IMG/VR virus record: IMGVR_UViG_3300010356_000998
Span: 1 to 64,000 of that record
From: a virus
Lineage: Duplodnaviria > Caudoviricetes
DNA: 64,000 nucleotides
Strand: one strand, 5' to 3'
The notes beneath the pieces are model-generated. The model was not told the DNA's origin. It did not search any database and saw only the letters and a list, made by a program, of their open reading frames with translations. The position numbers and the translations under genes are program-made. This document shows, one piece after another, positions 38,864 to 49,477 of this stretch. The first letter of the stretch is position 1; every line of letters starts with the position of its first letter.

Positions 38864-39568
38864 TTATTTTGAATTAATTAAATGGTTGATAAGTGCTTTG
38901 CTAAACAAACAATCTGATAGTTCTTCAGGATGCCATTGAACACCTGCTACAAGATCAGTAGTTGAGATAAACGCTTCAATATTTTCATATCGAGTATTTA
39001 TCAGTAAAGGAGTTATATTTTTACCTTTTTGTTCATAATAAAATCCCTGATGATGTAAAGAGTTAACTTTGTATTGTTTATTAACATCTTTAAATCCCAT
39101 TTTAATAATTAAATCTTTTATTTGATTACTGTTATTAAAAACAGAAAGAAAATCTACTTCTTCATCTCTACTTTTTGAACTATACGCTTGACTAATATGT
39201 TGAGATAAAGACCCTCCATAATGAACATTAAGAGTTTGAAAACCTCTACAAATACCAAATATAGGAATTCTATTTTCAATATATGTTGGTAATACAAATC
39301 TATCCCAGTATTCATAGTGAATATTAGGATTCTGAGTATAATAGTATGGTTTTTGGTTATATCTTAAAGGATCTACATCAGCACCACCAGGAAGTATTAA
39401 AAGATCTAAATCCGTGTATATATTATCGTCATATACAAAAATAGGACGAATGTTTGCATTTAATCCATTAATAAATTCAGCGTAAGCTTTAGGAATACTA
39501 ATACTCCCATCTATGCTTCTCGATACTAGTATACCTATTTGTTTCTGTTTCTGTTTCTGATTTGTCAT
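38864..39568 (-). CDS. Class I glutamine amidotransferase / peptidase C26
   Basis: PGGADV, GICRGFQ, VNSLHHQ, GVQWHPE. Confidence 0.88.
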   Translation of the reverse strand: MTNQKQKQKQIGILVSRSIDGSISIPKAYAEFINGLNANIRPIFVYDDNIYTDLDLLILPGGADVDPLRYNQKPYYYTQNPNIHYEYWDRFVLPTYIENRIPIFGICRGFQTLNVHYGGSLSQHISQAYSSKSRDEEVDFLSVFNNSNQIKDLIIKMGFKDVNKQYKVNSLHHQGFYYEQKGKNITPLLINTRYENIEAFISTTDLVAGVQWHPEELSDCLFSKALINHLINSK

Positions 39569-40424
39569 TGTTAGATGTGTTGGTAAATATATTAAAATCA
39601 AAGTTTTTCATATTTTTAATATCAGCTACTCTTTTTAAAATAACTTCATCAACCCTATTACGTATTGGATCTTTTAATAATTCACTCGCTATGGAAGATA
39701 ATCTTTCAGCAGTATGAGGACTTTGTTTATAAGCAGCCCTGTCTTTAAAACTTTTAGCTTTAAATTCATTATAACCAATAATTAATTCACATATAATATA
39801 GTTAATAGTTTCTGTAGGCATGCTTGCAAATTCAGGATGTCCTTGAACAGCAAGTCCATGAACATCTGTAAATTTTACAATTTCAGGTTCTGCATTTAAA
39901 GCATCTCTATACTGCACACCTTCTTCATTACATATTTCTTCATCATTTCCGTTTAAATAAGTAAATGATCTCGGTTTTGAATATGCAAGTAGTTTCCAAT
40001 TCTGTTTAGGTATTGAATTTAAATCTAACATTTGATGGTGTAAACTGTTAGTTTTTAATTTTCTACCATTTATAGTAATAATTTCATGTAGTTCGCTTAT
40101 AGCATGATTAGTTACATGTTGAATTAAAGAACCCCCGTTCATAATACACAATCCTTGAGCACCTCTACAAATACCTAAAATATATTTTCCTGAAAGAAGG
40201 GCTTTCATAAAAAATATCATTTCAGTATAATCTGTATGATCATGAAAATATGTTTTTCTACCTGTTTTTTGATTATAAAATTTAGGATTCCAGTCAGAAC
40301 CTCCGGGCATTATAATAACATCTGCGTTTGCAAAATTAGAAACTTTTTGAAACATGTCAGGACTGTTTTCAACTAAAAAGTTACAATCACTTGAAGATAC
40401 ACCAAATACTTTTATTTTTTCCAT
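39498..40424 (-). CDS. Second class I glutamine amidotransferase / peptidase C26
   Basis: PGGSDW, GICRGAQ, NSLHHQM, VQGHPE. Confidence 0.88.
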   Translation of the reverse strand: MEKIKVFGVSSSDCNFLVENSPDMFQKVSNFANADVIIMPGGSDWNPKFYNQKTGRKTYFHDHTDYTEMIFFMKALLSGKYILGICRGAQGLCIMNGGSLIQHVTNHAISELHEIITINGRKLKTNSLHHQMLDLNSIPKQNWKLLAYSKPRSFTYLNGNDEEICNEEGVQYRDALNAEPEIVKFTDVHGLAVQGHPEFASMPTETINYIICELIIGYNEFKAKSFKDRAAYKQSPHTAERLSSIASELLKDPIRNRVDEVILKRVADIKNMKNFDFNIFTNTSNNDKSETETETNRYTSIEKHRWEY

Positions 40425-41140
40425 TATTTTTCGTTTACTAAAAACTTTATTGGATTTTTATCCAGTTTTTTTAATTGTTCATTTATTTCTTTAAATATAC
40501 CACTTCCTTGAAATTTATTAACACCTGTTCTGTAATCAGCAACTGGATGAATTACGTTTATTACAGGACAATTTGTAATAAATTTACTATAATATTGAGC
40601 TTTTTTACCCATAAATACAAATACGGTTTTTTCTCTTAATGCCTCATTTAAATTAATAAATAAGTTTTCCATTAATACTTTTTTCCAATAATAACTGTGA
40701 GAACCTACTGTATTTAACATATTTTCACCTTCTGGACAATATTCTTTACAAGTTAAAGCTGCATTCATTAGTAAAACTCCTTGTTTTTTCCAATGTTGTA
40801 AAGTTTTATCAAAATACATTTTAGTATCAGAAGGATCAGTACCTAAAGTAATATCTTCGCTATAATTAAAAATTAGCTCATTATAAATAATTTCCAAAGA
40901 AGGTTGTAACCTTTCATTTGGTTCTACTCCAAAAGCTAATCCAGTTGCGATTCCTGGTATTGGATATGGATCTTGGCCTACTATTACAACATTAACATCG
41001 TCTATTAACAAATCTCTAAAACATTCATATACTTGTTTAGGATTTGAAGGACAACTTTTCCAGTTATTCAAATCCATTTCTTCAGGGGGATTTACTTCAT
41101 CAGATGAAATAGTAAGTTTTACTAAATCTATTAATTTCAT
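40424..41140 (-). CDS. ung: Uracil-DNA glycosylase (family 1)
   Basis: VGQDPYP, ATGLAF, PSL, W..QGVLLMN..LT, HP. Confidence 0.9.
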   Translation of the reverse strand: MKLIDLVKLTISSDEVNPPEEMDLNNWKSCPSNPKQVYECFRDLLIDDVNVVIVGQDPYPIPGIATGLAFGVEPNERLQPSLEIIYNELIFNYSEDITLGTDPSDTKMYFDKTLQHWKKQGVLLMNAALTCKEYCPEGENMLNTVGSHSYYWKKVLMENLFINLNEALREKTVFVFMGKKAQYYSKFITNCPVINVIHPVADYRTGVNKFQGSGIFKEINEQLKKLDKNPIKFLVNEK

Positions 41141-41188
41141 TAATTAATATTTTTAAAAGTTAATAACTTCTTCAATATTTATAGACAA

Positions 41189-41803
41189 TTAAATAGGTGT
41201 GTCTGTTTTTATTGAAGCCATGGTAGAAAAATCTACAATGTGCACTGAATTAGATGATAATGCAGTCATACTGTATTGTTTATCTAAAACTTTTTTAAAT
41301 TCACTATTAATATCAGATTCTTTTGTTTCTGTTTCTATTTCAGAAGAATCAGAAGAGTTTGGGTCTTGCATAAACTCTAAAATAGACTTTAAATGTTGAA
41401 TAAGTAATTGACTTCTGATATAAGTTTTTCTTATTTTATTAATTAATTCAACTGTAACTTCTCCATCAAATTCATTCAAATCAACATTTTCGTTTTCAAC
41501 GTTACTTATCATATTTAACAATTCTTCTTTACTTGGGATACCTTTTTCTTTAATCATATCGTCTATTGATAATACAGAATTCAATTCTTTAATTTCATAA
41601 ACATTTTCCCAAAAAAAAGAATCTTCTGGATTAATAGTAAATCCTCCAAAATCCGCAACAGATAATGTCCAGTAATTATTCTGAACATTTGGTTTTCTTT
41701 TTTGAAGTAATCCCCATGCTTCTTTAAGAGGAGCCCATTTTAAATTACTTAGGTTTAATTTTATTGCGTAAACATTTTTGTTGTTTAATTCAAACTTTTG
41801 CAT
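41189..41803 (-). CDS. Hypothetical protein
   Basis: 204-aa ORF in operon. Confidence 0.5.
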   Translation of the reverse strand: MQKFELNNKNVYAIKLNLSNLKWAPLKEAWGLLQKRKPNVQNNYWTLSVADFGGFTINPEDSFFWENVYEIKELNSVLSIDDMIKEKGIPSKEELLNMISNVENENVDLNEFDGEVTVELINKIRKTYIRSQLLIQHLKSILEFMQDPNSSDSSEIETETKESDINSEFKKVLDKQYSMTALSSNSVHIVDFSTMASIKTDTPI

Positions 41804-42738
41804 AAATTATTATATTTTATATGAGCTTCATAAGAGTCTTTTGCAACTTCTATATTGACCCATGGAATATCATACTGGTTTGAAAATATACCAGCTTGAG
41901 TTTGACCTGTTAAATCATTGTCAAAAAGAATAATTTGTTTTTTAAATTGTTTAATTTTATCTATAACCTTATCAAAATTAATTTTTTCATTTTGCATAGA
42001 TATAGCATTATATCCGTAAACATAATCTAAAATCAATCTATCTTTTTGACTTTTTGTAATAATAATAAGTCTGTCATCTTTTTCTAAATAATAATCTAAT
42101 TTAGATTCTCCAAAAACATCATTTTGATCACAGTTAGTGTACCATTTTATTGAATGTTCATTCGGAAAATACAATTTAACATGATTTGTATCTGGAAAAT
42201 AATAAGCTATTGTTAATGTTTTTTTAGGATTATGTAAATGATTCCATTCATAATCAGAATCTTGTTTAATCCAATAATCATCTACTAAATACACATTTTC
42301 ATTATAAAGATGATAAGGATCTATTCTAAAATAATTATCTTTAGGCCATTCTTTATATTTGAAACGTATATCTAATTTTGATTTTTTATCAGTTTTCGTA
42401 TAATCAGTAATAAAATTTAAATCTATATTTTCATTTTTAATAATTAAATTTATAGATTCTTTTATACTAATACCTTTTAAATAACTGATAACATCTGCAA
42501 TGTTAAAGCTAATTTTTCCATTTATCCCAACATTATCAATAAAATACAATATACCATCATGATATTTAAATCTGCAACCCGGAGTTTTGTCCGGCCTGAG
42601 TAAAGATTTATAACGTTTCTTTAAATCAGGCCAGACTCCGGTATATTTAGCAAATAGATCTTCTTGATTAAGTGATGGTAGTGTTTTTCTTATATCAATA
42701 TACTCTAAAGTATTTATTCTATTTGCCGAATTAAACAT
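41785..42738 (-). CDS. DNA primase (TOPRIM), crAss-like
   Basis: SLLRPDKTPGC, IITKSQKD, ILFDND.TG. Confidence 0.8.
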   Translation of the reverse strand: MFNSANRINTLEYIDIRKTLPSLNQEDLFAKYTGVWPDLKKRYKSLLRPDKTPGCRFKYHDGILYFIDNVGINGKISFNIADVISYLKGISIKESINLIIKNENIDLNFITDYTKTDKKSKLDIRFKYKEWPKDNYFRIDPYHLYNENVYLVDDYWIKQDSDYEWNHLHNPKKTLTIAYYFPDTNHVKLYFPNEHSIKWYTNCDQNDVFGESKLDYYLEKDDRLIIITKSQKDRLILDYVYGYNAISMQNEKINFDKVIDKIKQFKKQIILFDNDLTGQTQAGIFSNQYDIPWVNIEVAKDSYEAHIKYNNLCKSLN

Positions 42739-42741
42739 TAA

Positions 42742-43596
42742 TTAAAACAAATCTTTGTGATCAAAATTAGCAGTAGTTGTAGTTGTAGGTACTGCATTAA
42801 TACATTCTTCTTTAACAAATGGCTGAAACAACGTGGTAAATAAATATTTAGATATTTTATCACCTTTTGCTAAAGCGTCTGTTAATACTTGAACACTTTT
42901 AGAACTAACTTCTGAGTTAGACGTCATGAAGAAAGCATTAGGATTTGTTACAATTGTTTGATTGTAATATACCTTTTCCTCTCCATCTACAATTTTAGAA
43001 GTAGTTCTTACAGCAGCTATCAAAACAATACTGTTATTGTTTTCGTTACACCACGTAAAGAAATTTCTTAAACCTGTTAAATTATTATTATAAATAGCAT
43101 CTATAGTAATACCGTTTTTATCAGCTTCTTCCATAAATTTAGCGTCATCTGGATAACTATTATAACGCATTAATTTTTGCATGAAAGTAAATAATTCATT
43201 TTCTCCAATTTTAGCCAATCTGTATGGATGTTTTGTAAACCAAGTCATTTTTTCATTAGAATCTAAAGACTCTTTGCTTTTAGATACTGTAAATACACCT
43301 TTACTGTTAACAAAACGCATTGTTCCACTTGGAGAAACATCATCTTCATTTGAAATTAAAAATCTCATGGGAACAGGGTCTATGTTTTTACCTACATCTT
43401 GCAACCATATTTCAATTGGTCTAAAACTTCTACCGTTAAGTTGTACTATAGAATAATCTACATTTAATTTGTACTCTTTATTTAACATTTTTTCAATTTC
43501 TGTTTTGTCTGGATTTACTGCTAACACTTTGAAAGCAGATAAACCTGTGAAAAGTTTAGAAGCGTTGCCGCCAGTGGTGTTGGAATTATTAAACAT
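42742..43596 (-). CDS. Putative single-stranded DNA-binding protein
   Basis: LFTGL..FKVLAVNP motif and an acidic-aromatic C-terminus (KDLF). Lies between the AAA ATPase and primase. Confidence 0.5.
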   Translation of the reverse strand: MFNNSNTTGGNASKLFTGLSAFKVLAVNPDKTEIEKMLNKEYKLNVDYSIVQLNGRSFRPIEIWLQDVGKNIDPVPMRFLISNEDDVSPSGTMRFVNSKGVFTVSKSKESLDSNEKMTWFTKHPYRLAKIGENELFTFMQKLMRYNSYPDDAKFMEEADKNGITIDAIYNNNLTGLRNFFTWCNENNNSIVLIAAVRTTSKIVDGEEKVYYNQTIVTNPNAFFMTSNSEVSSKSVQVLTDALAKGDKISKYLFTTLFQPFVKEECINAVPTTTTTANFDHKDLF

Positions 43597-43622
43597 AAGG
43601 ATTAAAATTTTTAAAAGGATTA

Positions 43623-44429
43623 TTATTTATTAGATAAGAATATCTTATCCCAGTTAAAAATAAATTTACGTGAACCTTTTGGTTCTTCCTGAACCAAGAT
43701 AAATTCTTGATTATTCAAATGCTCTGGTCTAGCACCTGTTGCTAAATCTCTTTCATCATTTTTAAAAGATACTATAGTATTCACTCCATCTTTACGGAAT
43801 AAATAACCAACCGCATCTGCATTTTGACAAAGAATATGTTTTAATTTACCAGGTAGTTGAAGATCTCTTGCTGAAACATCTCCTCCAATTTTCATAATAG
43901 AAGCATCTTTAACGTGACCTATTTCAATAGCGCATTCTTTAGCATGTGGTTCTATTGAGCTTAAAATACGTTCATACGCTTGGCGTAACCATTCGTAACC
44001 CGCTCCGTTAGCTAAATCTTTAACTACATCATGTCCTGTATAATTTTTACCCATAGGGCTAGCTTTATACATTAGTGATGCTAGATAAGTAGCAATTTTA
44101 ACTAATGCAGTTACGGTATCTATAACAATGTAATCAAAAGAAGACTTTTTTAATTCTTCTACTAATTCTTTTAAAACATTTAAACATTCTTGCAAACCTT
44201 CCGGATGATTTAACACCTCTTTAGGTTCTAATTTAGTACGTTCTCCAGCTATTGCTAAAATATTTACAATAGCATCTGCTTTAATAAAAGAACTCCCATC
44301 TTCTAAATCAATAATCAATGCATTTTTCAATCCTGATATAGCTGTAGTTTTACCAGCTTTAGGATGTGAAAATAATAACATTTTTTTAGGATTAATTCTT
44401 GTGGTTTCTTGTTTTTTAATTAAGGACAT
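43623..44429 (-). CDS. AAA_24/Sak4-like ATPase
   Basis: SHPKAGKTT Walker A, IIDLEDG, IVIDT, IGH, ADAVGYL. Confidence 0.8.
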   Translation of the reverse strand: MSLIKKQETTRINPKKMLLFSHPKAGKTTAISGLKNALIIDLEDGSSFIKADAIVNILAIAGERTKLEPKEVLNHPEGLQECLNVLKELVEELKKSSFDYIVIDTVTALVKIATYLASLMYKASPMGKNYTGHDVVKDLANGAGYEWLRQAYERILSSIEPHAKECAIEIGHVKDASIMKIGGDVSARDLQLPGKLKHILCQNADAVGYLFRKDGVNTIVSFKNDERDLATGARPEHLNNQEFILVQEEPKGSRKFIFNWDKIFLSNK

Positions 44430-44435
44430 GTTTGT

Positions 44436-45143
44436 TTATTCATATAAAAGCGTATCGAAAATTGTTTTTATATAATTTTGTAAATTCTTAAAACATTTTT
44501 TTGATGATTCTGAAAAATAAACTGTATTGATATTTTCAATAATATTACGAGCGTTATTTCTTTCTTTAATATGTTCAGATACATATAACCAGTCAAGAAC
44601 ATCTAAAGAACATATATCATACACATTCAACGCAATATCTTGAATAGTTCGACCAGTGTTAAAATTTTTATAATTCATTTCATCATATGAAAATACTTTT
44701 TTCAAATCATTACTAATCTTATTAGCTCCATCAAAATCTTCTTTTGGAATAGTGTAATTAACAACACCTGTAGAATTCTCTGTAACATATAAGATAATAC
44801 CTGTTAGTATACCAATCGTTGTTAAGTTTTTACTTTTTTTAAATTTTTTATTGCTTTTATTTAAAAATACACTTAAATTTCCTAAGTGTTTTTTACCGCA
44901 ACAAGTATAATCAGGATACATATCATAAGATATTGCTAGTTCTTCATCTTTTCTGAATACAAATCGTTTTAAATCAGCTGGTAAACGAATATTGTTACTA
45001 TACCATATTTCAAATTCTTCAAAAGGTTGAGTTAATTCATTATTAATCAAATAATCTTGTATAAGATTAAATACTACACTATTTTTAGTTAAATAGTTAA
45101 TATCTTTATTTAAAATAAATAATGAATCTTTTATTAAAGCCAT
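44436..45143 (-). CDS. Hypothetical protein
   Basis: 235-aa ORF in operon. Confidence 0.5.
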   Translation of the reverse strand: MALIKDSLFILNKDINYLTKNSVVFNLIQDYLINNELTQPFEEFEIWYSNNIRLPADLKRFVFRKDEELAISYDMYPDYTCCGKKHLGNLSVFLNKSNKKFKKSKNLTTIGILTGIILYVTENSTGVVNYTIPKEDFDGANKISNDLKKVFSYDEMNYKNFNTGRTIQDIALNVYDICSLDVLDWLYVSEHIKERNNARNIIENINTVYFSESSKKCFKNLQNYIKTIFDTLLYE

Positions 45144-45145
45144 TT

Positions 45146-46102
45146 TTACAATTCTTTAAAAAATGAGACAGCTCCGTCAAAATATACAGCTAATTCTTTT
45201 TGTCCAGTAGATTCTCTACCACCCATTATATTAAGAATTCGTAAATTATTTTTATAATTATTTACATTAATCCCTTCATAAGTAGATAGTTTTGCCATTT
45301 CTGGACTAAATATACCAAAGCCAATATCAATATCTCTTTGAGTATCTTTTGAATCTGCTAAACCATTAAAAGATGGTAATAAATCATTCATTTTTCTAGC
45401 TTCAAAAGATTCTTTTTCATTAGCTTGTTGCTGTACTATGACGGGATTGATTTTATATAAATTTCTTGCTTTAACAAATGTAGAAGCAGATGTTTCATCA
45501 ATAGCTTGTTTTAATGTTTGTCCTCTTCTTGGAATAATTAATGATGCGTGATCTAAAATCAACATCGTTATTTTTTCAGAATTAGGATTTACTTTTTTAC
45601 TTAATTCTACCGTAAAATTAGCTATTTCATCTACACTTCTAAATCTGTCATAATAGTTTACTCTTTCTAAATATTTTTCAAAAAATGGTTCATATTTTAC
45701 AATAGCTTCGTATACTTCGGGTTCTAAAGATTTTTTAGTTGATCTAATATCTTCAGGAGATACTCTAATCATACCTTTAGAATCAATAAATAGGAAGTGA
45801 CACATTGCTTGAATCATTTTTTGCTGACTGGTCATTTCTAAAGATAAATAATGAACTTCAACATCTAAATCTGATTCTGTATCCATACAAAACTTAACAG
45901 GATTGTATACATACATGAAATCAGTAAATTGAGATTTACCTCTTTTTGGAGATGCTGATACCATTTCATATTTACCTTTTTCAATACCTGTGTAATATTG
46001 TTCTAATTTTGGAAAAGGACACGGAATAGCATTAAATTTACCAGACTCTCTTCTAAGTTTTCTTCTTTCAATATTTTTTAATGTTTCTTTAAATAAACTC
46101 AC
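45146..46102 (-). CDS. DnaB-like (SF4) replicative helicase
   Basis: ASPKRGKS, YLSLEM, ILDH, VQQ, LADSKDTQRD.D. Confidence 0.85.
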   Translation of the reverse strand: MSLFKETLKNIERRKLRRESGKFNAIPCPFPKLEQYYTGIEKGKYEMVSASPKRGKSQFTDFMYVYNPVKFCMDTESDLDVEVHYLSLEMTSQQKMIQAMCHFLFIDSKGMIRVSPEDIRSTKKSLEPEVYEAIVKYEPFFEKYLERVNYYDRFRSVDEIANFTVELSKKVNPNSEKITMLILDHASLIIPRRGQTLKQAIDETSASTFVKARNLYKINPVIVQQQANEKESFEARKMNDLLPSFNGLADSKDTQRDIDIGFGIFSPEMAKLSTYEGINVNNYKNNLRILNIMGGRESTGQKELAVYFDGAVSFFKEL

Positions 46103-46662
46103 AACAAATTAGATTCTTGACTTATCAATCGCAATTCTTCTAATATTGTGTAAAGTTTAGATTCTTCTCCGTTATTAGTAGTTCTAAAAATAAAATTTTC
46201 AGCACTGGTAATATATTTCATTTCAGTATGGTTAATATAATAATGAGCAGCTTGTAATATTTCATCAAAAGTATACCCATATTCAAGAATAAATCTTATA
46301 ATATACGCTATACAAGTTTTTCTATTACCCATATTACCTATTCTAAAACCTTTAAATAAAGTTCTATATTCATCTATTCTATTCTTAACAATTTCTTCTA
46401 TAGAATTTAATTCTTCAAAAGTTTTAAATTTACCTGAAACTACTTCACCATTTTCTAAAATAGGAACTTTTAATATAAACTTGTTCTTTATGTAATCTCT
46501 TTCTATAATACAATCTCTTGTTAACTTGGATATTATTGAATCTTCTATAGGAAATTCCCAATCAATATTATTAGCTAATTTTATTAGAAACAATAAAGCA
46601 TGGTTTTTTTCTATATTTGATTCAAAGCAATTATTCAAGTACAACAGCAAACTTTGATTCAT
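46099..46662 (-). CDS. Hypothetical replication-module protein
   Basis: Coupled to the helicase gene; function not recognised. Confidence 0.5.
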   Translation of the reverse strand: MNQSLLLYLNNCFESNIEKNHALLFLIKLANNIDWEFPIEDSIISKLTRDCIIERDYIKNKFILKVPILENGEVVSGKFKTFEELNSIEEIVKNRIDEYRTLFKGFRIGNMGNRKTCIAYIIRFILEYGYTFDEILQAAHYYINHTEMKYITSAENFIFRTTNNGEESKLYTILEELRLISQESNLL

Positions 46663-47323
46663 TTGTTTTTTCTTTTTCTAAAATCGCATTACATATTGTA
46701 ACTTTTACATGAGAATTTCTTTTTTCAGTTTTAAAATAATACCCTAATTCATCAACAGTTGAAGAACAGTAAACATTATAACTAAAATAAACATTTTCAG
46801 TAAACCCATCTTTTTCAACAGGGGTTAATGTATTTCCTACATATTTTAACATCGCTTTAAGCACGTCTAAAATCTTATGATTAGCCAATTCTCTATTAAT
46901 TTTTAGTCTCAATGATGAATCTATGTTATAAACTCTCCTAACTACAGTTGAACACATTAAAGATTTAATTTGAAATCTTGTGAATAATTCTGACATTGCG
47001 TTTATTAGTATATCATAATTAGCAAATTGTTTATTGTAACTATTTGCAAATAAACCAATATCTAATAAACTCCTATTAGTATTAAGTGTAATTCCTGCTC
47101 TACCTGCATTAACAAACCTTTTATATCTAAAAGAATATCTTTTAGTTGTATAGATAGTATTCAATATTAATATTGACATTATAAACATACCTGGATGTTT
47201 TAATTCGTTTAAAAACTTTTCAACATCTTCTGGAAGGTTATCAAAAACAAGTTTAGTTAACGAAAATAGTCTATCATGCTCATCAGGATGAATAGGGTTA
47301 GTATATTTAATTTTTCCGTACAT
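46631..47323 (-). CDS. Hypothetical protein
   Basis: 230-aa ORF in operon. Confidence 0.5.
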   Translation of the reverse strand: MYGKIKYTNPIHPDEHDRLFSLTKLVFDNLPEDVEKFLNELKHPGMFIMSILILNTIYTTKRYSFRYKRFVNAGRAGITLNTNRSLLDIGLFANSYNKQFANYDILINAMSELFTRFQIKSLMCSTVVRRVYNIDSSLRLKINRELANHKILDVLKAMLKYVGNTLTPVEKDGFTENVYFSYNVYCSSTVDELGYYFKTEKRNSHVKVTICNAILEKEKTNESKFAVVLE

Positions 47324-48515
47324 AATTTTTTATAAAATCTTGCATTGTATTATAAGTTTTAAATTTTAAACCAGTGGCTTCTATAATTTTGTTTAACCAA
47401 GTTTCTTCTTGAGTACCTCTTGTACAAAATATAATTACATTACCTTTTTCTGGTCTATTTCTTAATCTACCTACTCTTTGAATAAAATCTTTTTCTACTC
47501 CATAGTAAGAATGAAGTATTACAGTATCTAAATTATCAAGATTAATTCCTTGCTTTAACATTTTAAAAGAACCTATTACGTTAATTTTACCTTCATTAAA
47601 ATCTTTAATGATTTGTAAATTAACATCTTTAATTCTTTTACTAGATACTGTTGGGCATATTTTAACTAATTCTGTAATACTATTAGCAAATACAATAGTT
47701 CTTTTTAAATCTATTGCTTTTAATAGAGATATTACAGATTCTGTTTTAGAAGGTAAATTATATAATATTTCATTACGTTTTCTCATCCAGTATTGTTTTA
47801 AAAAATCTGAATCAGAAAACATACATTTTATAAATCTTTGATGACAATAAGAATAATAATCTTTTTCAGTTTGATAAAAAGTTTTTTTAACACCTGTTGT
47901 TTTATCTTTATAATCAACGGGTATTATTTTCTTTTTATCATCTAGTTCTGTAATTATTACACTTATTTCAAGTTCTCTGGCAGTTTTATCTTCCTGTCCT
48001 TGTTTAATATTGTAAGAAAAACATATAGGCGCTATTTTATTTAATAATGTTATTTTAGTTATTTCTTCACCATCTATTTCAAAAGTACTTTTTTTATCTA
48101 TTGTAGCAGATAAGCCGATCAAATGATTAAATTTGTTATTTTCGTAATATTTGAAATATTGAGGTGTTAATGAATCATGTATTTCATCAGCAACTACCAT
48201 ATCATAAAAAGTACTTATCCATTTATAAGCACTTTGATAACATGCAAACGTTACTGAATGATTTGCTAAAATATCATAATTAAATACTTCTTTAAACTTA
48301 GCTATATCTTTTCTAATATCTAATTCTCTTAAATTAGTTTCAGCTAAAAATAAAATAGATTTTGGCTTTAGTTCTTTTATCATCATTAATGAAATAAAAG
48401 TTTTACCAATACCTGTAATAGCTTCTATAGTACCTCTTACATTACCATTAATTTTACTATTTAACAGTGATTGAACTGCCTTATTTTGTATATCATTTCT
48501 GTCAATACTAATCAA
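47307..48515 (-). CDS. SF2 (DExH) helicase
   Basis: TGIGKT, ADEIH, LSAT, QRVGR. Confidence 0.88.
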   Translation of the reverse strand: MISIDRNDIQNKAVQSLLNSKINGNVRGTIEAITGIGKTFISLMMIKELKPKSILFLAETNLRELDIRKDIAKFKEVFNYDILANHSVTFACYQSAYKWISTFYDMVVADEIHDSLTPQYFKYYENNKFNHLIGLSATIDKKSTFEIDGEEITKITLLNKIAPICFSYNIKQGQEDKTARELEISVIITELDDKKKIIPVDYKDKTTGVKKTFYQTEKDYYSYCHQRFIKCMFSDSDFLKQYWMRKRNEILYNLPSKTESVISLLKAIDLKRTIVFANSITELVKICPTVSSKRIKDVNLQIIKDFNEGKINVIGSFKMLKQGINLDNLDTVILHSYYGVEKDFIQRVGRLRNRPEKGNVIIFCTRGTQEETWLNKIIEATGLKFKTYNTMQDFIKNYVRKN

Positions 48516-48753
48516 TGTTTTTTATTACTCCAATAACGATCGCACGTTTGTGAAGTGGCAACTTAATATGTTGCGTTTCATTATTATCATTAAATCTTTT
48601 TACATTGACTAACGTAACATGATGTTTCATTGCAGGAATTCCTACATTTTCTTCCCAAAATACAAGAGGTAGATCTTTTAAATCTACCCCTTGATTTTTA
48701 ATATCTGTCAGTAATTTAAGTAATTCTTCAGCTGTAACCATAGTTATCCACAT
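48508..48753 (-). CDS. Hypothetical protein
   Basis: Small ORF between nrdJ and the helicase. Confidence 0.45.
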   Translation of the reverse strand: MWITMVTAEELLKLLTDIKNQGVDLKDLPLVFWEENVGIPAMKHHVTLVNVKRFNDNNETQHIKLPLHKRAIVIGVIKNID

Positions 48754-49401
48754 TTAGATGATCCACATTCTTTACATACAGCACACCCTTCTTCAAATAC
48801 AACCGATTTAGATCCACAGTCTAAGCATGATACTGTACTGTTTGTTCCATCAGGAATATATGCTTTAAGTGTTCTTGCTATAGCTTTTGTAAATGAATGT
48901 AACTCACCATCGGTTTTTTGTAATTGCTCAACAATAAAGCGTATTTCTGCGCCATGTCGTAAAGCAGTTGAAATAAGTCTGGTAATAGCTTCTTGTTCAT
49001 CAGTCATCATATAAGCTAATTGATGATATTTACTATTATCAATTATTACGTTATATTTTCCTTTACTTTTTTTAGAAATAATACCTTTACTATAACCTTC
49101 TAATATAAGTTCTGGTACAGCAAATACTTCGTAAGGCTTGTTATCTAATAAACCAACAATAACTGTAAAACCATTACCCTTTACTTTTAAGTGTTTAATA
49201 TCACATTCTAAATCAATAGGTCTTTTAGGTGCGTTTCTTTGTTCAAAAGTATTATTTTTAGTAGTATCTGTTACTAAAACACCTGTCCTACTACCATCTC
49301 TATATACAGTAACTCCTTTAAGATTTGCATCAAAAGCAGTCATATATATAATATCTACTTCTTCAGTAGAAATTTCATTTGGTAGATTAATTGTACTACT
49401 T
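48744..49401 (-). CDS. nrdJ: Class II (B12) ribonucleotide reductase, exon 3
   Basis: SSTINLP...KGVTVYRDGSR, followed by a C-terminal TSCPD-like region and Zn ribbon (CLDC...CKEC..SKC). Confidence 0.9.
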
Positions 49402-49477
49402 CATATTTGTCTCATATTTCTATGAGTATGGACTATATCATATTCCTTAATAAAGGAACTCGGACGCTGATACGGTA

